64,000 bases of DNA from Gemmatimonadales bacterium (GTDB lineage Bacteria; Gemmatimonadota; Gemmatimonadetes; Gemmatimonadales; GWC2-71-9), in NCBI GenBank assembly GCA_038321865.1, contig JBBQFH010000012.1:1-64000 (forward strand). Direction: 5' to 3'. A program made the position numbers and the translations under genes. The notes below the pieces were generated by a model. That model made no database searches and was not told the origin of the DNA. It saw only the letters and a program-made list of their open reading frames with translations. Shown piece after piece: positions 58,399 through 64,000 of the stretch. Every line of letters begins with the position of its first letter. The first letter of the stretch is position 1.

Positions 58399-59771
58399 TT
58401 GCCGCCCTTCCCTCGCGCGTCGACTCCATCGGCGTTGGAGAACATCAGCGTGCTGAGATCGATGCCGAACGCCTTCAGCCGCTCGGCGAACCTCGGCCGG
58501 ATCCCGGTCGCCCGGAACTGGCCCACCACGCGATCGCCGTCCATGCCCTGGCGGTCGTAGGTGAAGATCTCCTGCATGGTGATCACGTCGCCTTCCATGC
58601 CGACGAGCTCGGAGATCGAGACCACCTTCCGGGTGCCGTCGCTGAGCCGGCCCACCTGGATCACCACGTTGATCGCCGCGGCGATCTGCTGCCGCATCGC
58701 CTTCTCCGGCAGGTTGAGGTTCGCCATCGAGACCAGCGTCTCCAGCCGGGCCAGCGCGTCGCGCGGGGTGTTGGCGTGGAGCGTGGTGATCGAGCCGTCG
58801 TGGCCGGTGTTCATCGCCTGGAGCATGTCCACCGCCTCGGGGCCGCGGCACTCGCCCATCACGATGCGGTCTGGCCGCATGCGGAGCGCGTTGACCAGCA
58901 GCATCCGCTGCGGCACCTCGCCGTGGCCCTCGATGTTGCTCGGCCGGGTCTCCAGCCGCACCACGTGGGGCTGGCGCAGCTGCAGCTCGGCCGAGTCCTC
59001 GATAGTCAGGATGCGCTCGTAGCTCGGGATGTAGGACGACAGCACGTTGAGCAGCGTCGTCTTGCCGGCGCCGGTGCCGCCCGAGATCAGGATGTTGAGC
59101 CGTGACTTGACGATCGCCTCGAGCAGGTTGAGCATCGGCAGCGTGAGGCTGTCGGTGCGCAGGAGGTCCTCGCCCGAGAGTGCGTCGCGCTTGAACTTCC
59201 GGATCGAGAGGTGCGGCCCGTCGATCGCCAGCGGCTTGATGATGGCGTTGACGCGGGAGCCGTCGGGCAGGCGCGCGTCCACCATCGGCGACGAGTCGTC
59301 GATCCGCCGGCCGACGGCCGAGACGATCCGGTCGATGATCTGCAGCAGGTGGCGGTCGTCCTGGAAGACGACGTCGGTCTTTTCCAGCTTGCCGTGGCGC
59401 TCGATGAAGACGCTGCGGCTGGTGTTGACCAGGATGTCGGAGACCTCGGGGTCCTTGATCAGCGGCTCCAGCGGACCCAGGCCGAAGATCTCGTCCAGCA
59501 CCTGCTTCACCACCAGGTCGCGCTCCTCGAAGTTGAGGGGCAGCGCGTCCTGGGTGATCAGGTCGTGGACCACCTTCCGGATCGCCTCGGTGACCTGCTC
59601 ACGGTCGAGGCGGTCGAGGTTGGAGAGGTTGAGGCGCTCGAGCAGGCGGCGGTGCACCCGGCCCTTGATGACCTGGAGCTCGTGCGTGGCGCGGGCGGCG
59701 GCGGCGCTGATCGGCGGCGCCGCTTCCCAGGGGAGCGGCGTCTGGTCGGGCAGCTTCGGCGCGGCGCTCAT
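58392..59771 (-). CDS. cpaF: Tad pilus ATPase CpaF/TadA
   Basis: [36 protein letters not shown] and AMNTGHDG motifs. Confidence 0.96.
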   Translation of the reverse strand: MSAAPKLPDQTPLPWEAAPPISAAAARATHELQVIKGRVHRRLLERLNLSNLDRLDREQVTEAIRKVVHDLITQDALPLNFEERDLVVKQVLDEIFGLGPLEPLIKDPEVSDILVNTSRSVFIERHGKLEKTDVVFQDDRHLLQIIDRIVSAVGRRIDDSSPMVDARLPDGSRVNAIIKPLAIDGPHLSIRKFKRDALSGEDLLRTDSLTLPMLNLLEAIVKSRLNILISGGTGAGKTTLLNVLSSYIPSYERILTIEDSAELQLRQPHVVRLETRPSNIEGHGEVPQRMLLVNALRMRPDRIVMGECRGPEAVDMLQAMNTGHDGSITTLHANTPRDALARLETLVSMANLNLPEKAMRQQIAAAINVVIQVGRLSDGTRKVVSISELVGMEGDVITMQEIFTYDRQGMDGDRVVGQFRATGIRPRFAERLKAFGIDLSTLMFSNADGVDARGKGGKW

Positions 59772-61027
59772 GAGCGCGCTCCCTTCTTGCCGAGGAGGCG
59801 GCTCAGCCGGCCGCCGAGGCCGGCACGCGGCGCATCCGCCATCAGGCCGGCCAGCTTGACGCCGAGTGCCCGGAGGTCCCGGGTGAAGACGGTGCCGCTC
59901 TCGAGCGCGATCGGATGGCCCGAGTTGACCGAGGTCATCAACGCCTCGTAGTCGTTCCCGATCGTGGCGAAGACATCGAGGCCGAGCGTCCGCTTCACGT
60001 CGGCGAGGGAGACGGCGTCGTTGTCGGAGTGGCGGTTGATGATCAGGCGCAGCTGTTCCTCGCCATGCGGCAGCACGCGCTTGAAGAGCGGCAGCGCCCG
60101 CTGGATGTTCCGGAGCGACGGGAGATCAGCAGTGGCGACGAGAAACACCAGCTCCCCCTGCTCCAGCGCGGCGAGTGAATGGGACCCGAACGACTTGGGC
60201 GTATCGATCACGATGTACTCGTAGTGCTGTCGCAGAAACTGCAGCATCCGGCGCACCTGGTCCGGCGTCACCGCCTCCGCCTTCTGCGGCTGGAACGCCG
60301 CCGACAGCAGATGCACCCCCGACTCGTGCTGCTCGATGTAGGATGCCAGCAGGCCGGCATCCATCCGGCGGAAGTTCTCCACGAAATCCACGAGACTGAA
60401 TCGCGGCTGCACACCTAGGATCAGCGCGCCCTCGCCCATCTCCAGGTCGAGGTCCAGCAGCAGCGTCTTCTTTCCGGTCAACCGGTGCAGCATGATCGCG
60501 AAGTTGGCCGCGATGATGGTCGACCCGACCCCGCCCTTGGCGCCGAAGAAGGGGTAGACGATGCCGGCCGCCTTCGATCGCTCGATCCCGACCTTGCCGA
60601 GCCGCTGGGCCGCCCGCTCGATCGCCGTGCGCAGCGTCTCTTCCGCCACCGGCTTCGGCAGGTAGTCGGCGACGTTGGCGCGCATCGCCGCCATCAGCAT
60701 CTCCGGCTCGAGCTCCGGGCCGACGCCGATGAACTTGAGCGTCGGCGTCTGGTCGGCCAGGAACTGCGCGAACTTGAGGCCGAGCCCCACGTCGCTCTCC
60801 AGATCCAGCACGATCAGGTCGGGCGACGTCTGCCGGAGCGCGGTGAGCTGCTCGTCACCCAGCTGCGCGTAGCCGACCGTGATTTCCAGCGGCAGCGCGG
60901 AAGTCAGCTCGGCCCGGCCCAGGGCGTCGCGAAGCACGGCCCGGAACTCGGCATCGGTGGAGATGACCGCGCACTTCAGTCCCTCAGGCGCCACATCCGG
61001 CATCGATCCATTCGTCGGCGCTGTCAT
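59768..61027 (-). CDS. cpaE: Tad pilus localization protein CpaE/TadZ
   Basis: Receiver-like domain plus MinD/ParA-like domain with GAKGGVGST. Confidence 0.9.
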   Translation of the reverse strand: MTAPTNGSMPDVAPEGLKCAVISTDAEFRAVLRDALGRAELTSALPLEITVGYAQLGDEQLTALRQTSPDLIVLDLESDVGLGLKFAQFLADQTPTLKFIGVGPELEPEMLMAAMRANVADYLPKPVAEETLRTAIERAAQRLGKVGIERSKAAGIVYPFFGAKGGVGSTIIAANFAIMLHRLTGKKTLLLDLDLEMGEGALILGVQPRFSLVDFVENFRRMDAGLLASYIEQHESGVHLLSAAFQPQKAEAVTPDQVRRMLQFLRQHYEYIVIDTPKSFGSHSLAALEQGELVFLVATADLPSLRNIQRALPLFKRVLPHGEEQLRLIINRHSDNDAVSLADVKRTLGLDVFATIGNDYEALMTSVNSGHPIALESGTVFTRDLRALGVKLAGLMADAPRAGLGGRLSRLLGKKGARS

Positions 61028-62241
61028 TCGACCAGGCGCAGCACCTTGATGGTCGTGCCCGTCGTGCCGCCGGACCCGCCGCCGCTGGCGAAGAACAGGA
61101 AGCGGCCCTGCACGAAATCCTGCTTGTTCTTGCCCGATCCCGCCGTCACCATGCCCTCCAGAAAGAAAAGGGCGATGTTGTTGAAGCTGATCTTGAGGTT
61201 GCCCCCGCCCTGGATGTTGGCGATCTGCGACGGGTTGAACAGGCCCAGCGGGATGACCCGCGGGCTGTTCTGCCAGTCACCGTACTTCCCGTCTACTCCA
61301 GTGACCGCGCCCTTGCCGCCGTCGCCGCTCGGATCCCATTTCGCTGTCGGATCCTGCGCAACCAGGTCGCCGATCCCCTGCTTCGTCGGGCCCTTCATGT
61401 CGCCATTTTCGATGTCGTACTGCACACCGAGTTGGACGGTGGCTGGATTGCAGCCCGTCAGGTTGTCCTTGTAATCGTTGGCGCCCTTGCTGTTGCCGAT
61501 CCGCCAGGGATAGAAGAATCCGCTCGTGAGCGCCGACCCCGGCTGCTGCGCCTTGATCATGATCGGGCGACCCCGGTCCCCGGTATAGCCGTTCCCATTT
61601 CGCAGTGCACTGCCATAGCCAGTCTGTGTCCCGGCCGAGTCCGGGTTGTAGCGGTTATAGGTGTCGGGGTTCGGATTGTACTGCCAGTTCTCGTCCGGAT
61701 CCCAGCTCTTGTCGCCGTTCACGTCCTGGGTGAATTTGCCCTTGGCATCCTTCGACTCCTCGTCCCAGATATCCGGCACGGCAAAGGGCTTGACGCACTT
61801 GCCGGCCTCCGACCCGGGCGCCGCGACGGCCGCTGCGTGCTTCCTTACCCGCACGCCGCTGATGCCGAAGGTATTGGCAAACCAGGTCGGCACATTGGAA
61901 CGCGTGATGAAGACCCGCACCTTCTGACTGTCCGGAATCACCACCACGCTGTCCTCACCGGCGACGATGAGCGTCTGCCGGATCGTCTGCAGGCGCGCAT
62001 ACCGATGCGCGCGGACGCCGGCGCTGTCCACCGCCTGCGTCGTATCGGGCAGGTAGTTGAATCCACTCGCACCCGCCAGCGCGGCGGCATCGGCGGCGCG
62101 CTGCGCCTGCGCCCCGGCGGCCTGCACCATCCCCAGGTCGATGGCGACAGCAGCCAGCGCCAGGAACATGAACATCGACACCGCCACGATGGCGAGCGTC
62201 ACCCCTCGGCGGTTTCCCACCATGTCGCGAATCTGCTTCAC
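61024..62241 (-). CDS. tadG: TadG-like pseudopilin/adhesin
   Basis: RRG prepilin-like site, TM helix, AIDLG...AQRAADAAALAGA; GGAGG SD before GTG 62241. Confidence 0.85.
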   Translation of the reverse strand: MKQIRDMVGNRRGVTLAIVAVSMFMFLALAAVAIDLGMVQAAGAQAQRAADAAALAGASGFNYLPDTTQAVDSAGVRAHRYARLQTIRQTLIVAGEDSVVVIPDSQKVRVFITRSNVPTWFANTFGISGVRVRKHAAAVAAPGSEAGKCVKPFAVPDIWDEESKDAKGKFTQDVNGDKSWDPDENWQYNPNPDTYNRYNPDSAGTQTGYGSALRNGNGYTGDRGRPIMIKAQQPGSALTSGFFYPWRIGNSKGANDYKDNLTGCNPATVQLGVQYDIENGDMKGPTKQGIGDLVAQDPTAKWDPSGDGGKGAVTGVDGKYGDWQNSPRVIPLGLFNPSQIANIQGGGNLKISFNNIALFFLEGMVTAGSGKNKQDFVQGRFLFFASGGGSGGTTGTTIKVLRLVE

Positions 62242-62258
62242 GCCCACCTCCCCCTCGG

Positions 62259-63536
62259 TCACTTCGGCGATCCCTTCAAGGACCCGTCCCAACGCCATGT
62301 CTCCGGCTCGCCCGTCGGGAGCGCAGGCTTGGAGTCGGTAGGCTGCACCAGCTGCGGCGTCACCAGAACGAGAAGCTCGGTGCGCCGCTGCTGCGCGTTC
62401 TTGGACCGGAAGAATTGTCCCAGAATCGGCAGGTCACCCAGAATCGGCACTTTGCTCACCGAATTGATCAGCGAATTGTCCAGCAGTCCGGCAATGACCA
62501 GGTACTGGCCATCCTTCAGCTCGACCTCGGTCTCCGCCCGCCGCGTCAGGAGGCTCGGAATCGTGAATCCCTGGAACGAGACGGCGTTGCCGAAGTCCAG
62601 CGACGACACCTCCGGTGCCACATGCAGCCGGATGCTTCCGCTCCGCGTGATCACCGGAGTGAACTTCAGCTTGATGCCGAATTCCTTGAAGACGATCGTG
62701 ACGCCGCCGGAGCTGGCGCCGCCCTGGACCGTCGGATAGGGAAATTCGCCGCCCGCGAGGAACGAGGCCTCGTGACCCGGCAGCGTCAGAAGATTGGGTT
62801 CGGCCAGCGTCTTGAAGGCGCCCCGCGTCGTGAGCGCCTGAATCAGCAACTCAATGTTCGAGTTTGCACTTGCCAGCCCCACATCGAGCAGTCCGCCGAC
62901 AAACTGTCCATTCGCGTTGGTCTGGCTGGACCCGGTCCAGTCACCCTTGTCGTTGAGCCGGTGCGGATTGAGGGTGGTGAACTGCCCCTGCATCGTCTTG
63001 ATGGCGCTCCGGTTCACTTCGGCGAACCGCACCTTGAGCATCACCTGCGTGGCGCTCGGCGTGGTGAGGTTGTCGATCACCGTCGCGCCGGAGCCCTTGG
63101 CGATCTCGATCGCCCGCGCCGCGACGCTGGCGTCCCGGACCTGGCCCGACAGCGTCACCGTGTTGCCGCTGGCCGACACCTCGATGTTCTCGTCCTGCAG
63201 CGTCTGTTTGAGGTAGCGCTGCATGCCCGCCGCATCCGCCGTAACGTCCACCGCAAACAGCCGTACGTTGCCGTCCCGGTCCCATACGAAGAGGCTGGTC
63301 GTTCCCAGCGCCTTGCCGTTGATCACGATCTCGGTCGTCGAGACGTTGACCGCTTCGGCCACCGTGTTGTCGCCGATCGACCATCGCGCGATCGGCGCCG
63401 GGTTGACGACGAGCACCGAAGCGCCCTTGGAAACGACCAGAACCTGCTGGGCGTCGCGTACCACGCGCTGTGCCTGGGCGGGCGCGGCCAGCGCGAGCGG
63501 AACCAGGAGCAGGAGGATTCGACGAAGAATCGGCAC
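62259..63536 (-). CDS. cpaC: Tad secretin CpaC/RcpA
   Basis: Signal peptide, BON-like segment, QVMLKVRFAEV, AEPNL, FLAGGEFP and VPILGDLPILG.FF motifs. Confidence 0.93.
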   Translation of the reverse strand: MPILRRILLLLVPLALAAPAQAQRVVRDAQQVLVVSKGASVLVVNPAPIARWSIGDNTVAEAVNVSTTEIVINGKALGTTSLFVWDRDGNVRLFAVDVTADAAGMQRYLKQTLQDENIEVSASGNTVTLSGQVRDASVAARAIEIAKGSGATVIDNLTTPSATQVMLKVRFAEVNRSAIKTMQGQFTTLNPHRLNDKGDWTGSSQTNANGQFVGGLLDVGLASANSNIELLIQALTTRGAFKTLAEPNLLTLPGHEASFLAGGEFPYPTVQGGASSGGVTIVFKEFGIKLKFTPVITRSGSIRLHVAPEVSSLDFGNAVSFQGFTIPSLLTRRAETEVELKDGQYLVIAGLLDNSLINSVSKVPILGDLPILGQFFRSKNAQQRRTELLVLVTPQLVQPTDSKPALPTGEPETWRWDGSLKGSPK

Positions 63537-63556
63537 GATGGTCCTTGGAGGGCGGT

Positions 63557-64000
63557 TCAGGGGTGCTTGAAGGTCGTGAGCGTGCGCTCACCACCTTTGT
63601 AACCTTCGACGATGACGCCGGGATCGCGCGGCGCTTCGGCCTGGACGCGGGCGCGCACCACCTGGCGGGGCAGCGACGACGCGGCGGCCGCGGGCGCGAT
63701 CCCGCTCAGCTCGCGCACGTTGGCGCCCAGCGTCTTGGTGGCCAGCGTGTCGAGCGTGTTCCGGAGCGACAGTGACACCCGGCCCTGCTGGGCCGCGAGC
63801 GCGAGCAGCTCGGCCTGGTCGGGGGAAACCAGCAGCGTCACCACCGACACCTTGATCGGCTTGCCGTCCTGGTCGGGCTGGCTGACCTGGCCCGAGGCGA
63901 GGACCTGCACGTTCTGGAGAATGGTCCGAGCAATCGCCTCCGGGCGATTCAGCTGCGGATTGGGGTCGAGCGTGATCAGCACGTCGACTCGGGTGCCCGG
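63557..64000 (-). CDS. cpaB: Flp pilus assembly protein CpaB/RcpC (5' part outside the window)
   Basis: PGTRVDVL, ILQNVQVLA, VTLLV.P.QAE.L and LSLRN motifs; frame open to the edge. Confidence 0.9.
   Translation of the reverse strand, partial: PGTRVDVLITLDPNPQLNRPEAIARTILQNVQVLASGQVSQPDQDGKPIKVSVVTLLVSPDQAELLALAAQQGRVSLSLRNTLDTLATKTLGANVRELSGIAPAAAASSLPRQVVRARVQAEAPRDPGVIVEGYKGGERTLTTFKHP

Overview
This is a GC-rich, densely coded bacterial chromosomal segment. Gene order and protein styles suggest Gemmatimonadota, which is an inference and not a database result. I found no rRNA, tRNA, CRISPR array, integrase or transposase. Contents in order: (1) a long + strand housekeeping superoperon, yebC-ruvC-ruvA-[Zn-ribbon microprotein]-ruvB-queA-[DinB]-tgt-yajC-def-fmt-[TenI/ThiE-like]-thiS-thiG-rsmB-[PASTA-only]-rpe-tlpA-tsaD-lgt; (2) a convergent - strand envelope cluster, tamA-tamB-lipid kinase-NtrC-type regulator-[8-Cys microprotein]-SH3/NlpC-HAD-CYTH-hypothetical-acpS, then a cytochrome c-FTR1 iron permease with a Fur-like box; (3) peptide ABC binding protein, one permease, dacB and sixA; (4) a ferredoxin-NADP reductase divergent from pduO-aroB; (5) an alternative sigma-70 factor with upstream DnaA-like boxes, then glcDEF-ygfZ; (6) an AAA+/vWA pair separated by a lower-GC amidohydrolase and an MFS/cytidylate-kinase-like pair; (7) an M48 protease and the 3' part of a Tad/Cpa pilus operon. 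The Tad operon is extended by overlapping genes for DUF192, a wHTH-AAA+ ATPase, a membrane protein with five 23-aa repeats, a small lipoprotein and an RCC1/Ig lipoprotein, followed by a Gly-Thr/Cys-repeat lipoprotein. The best candidates for undescribed biology are this Tad accessory module, the two Cys-rich microproteins (one with FYVE-like spacing) and the density of D(S/T)x sequons in exported proteins. Many start codons were re-assigned relative to the supplied ORF track.
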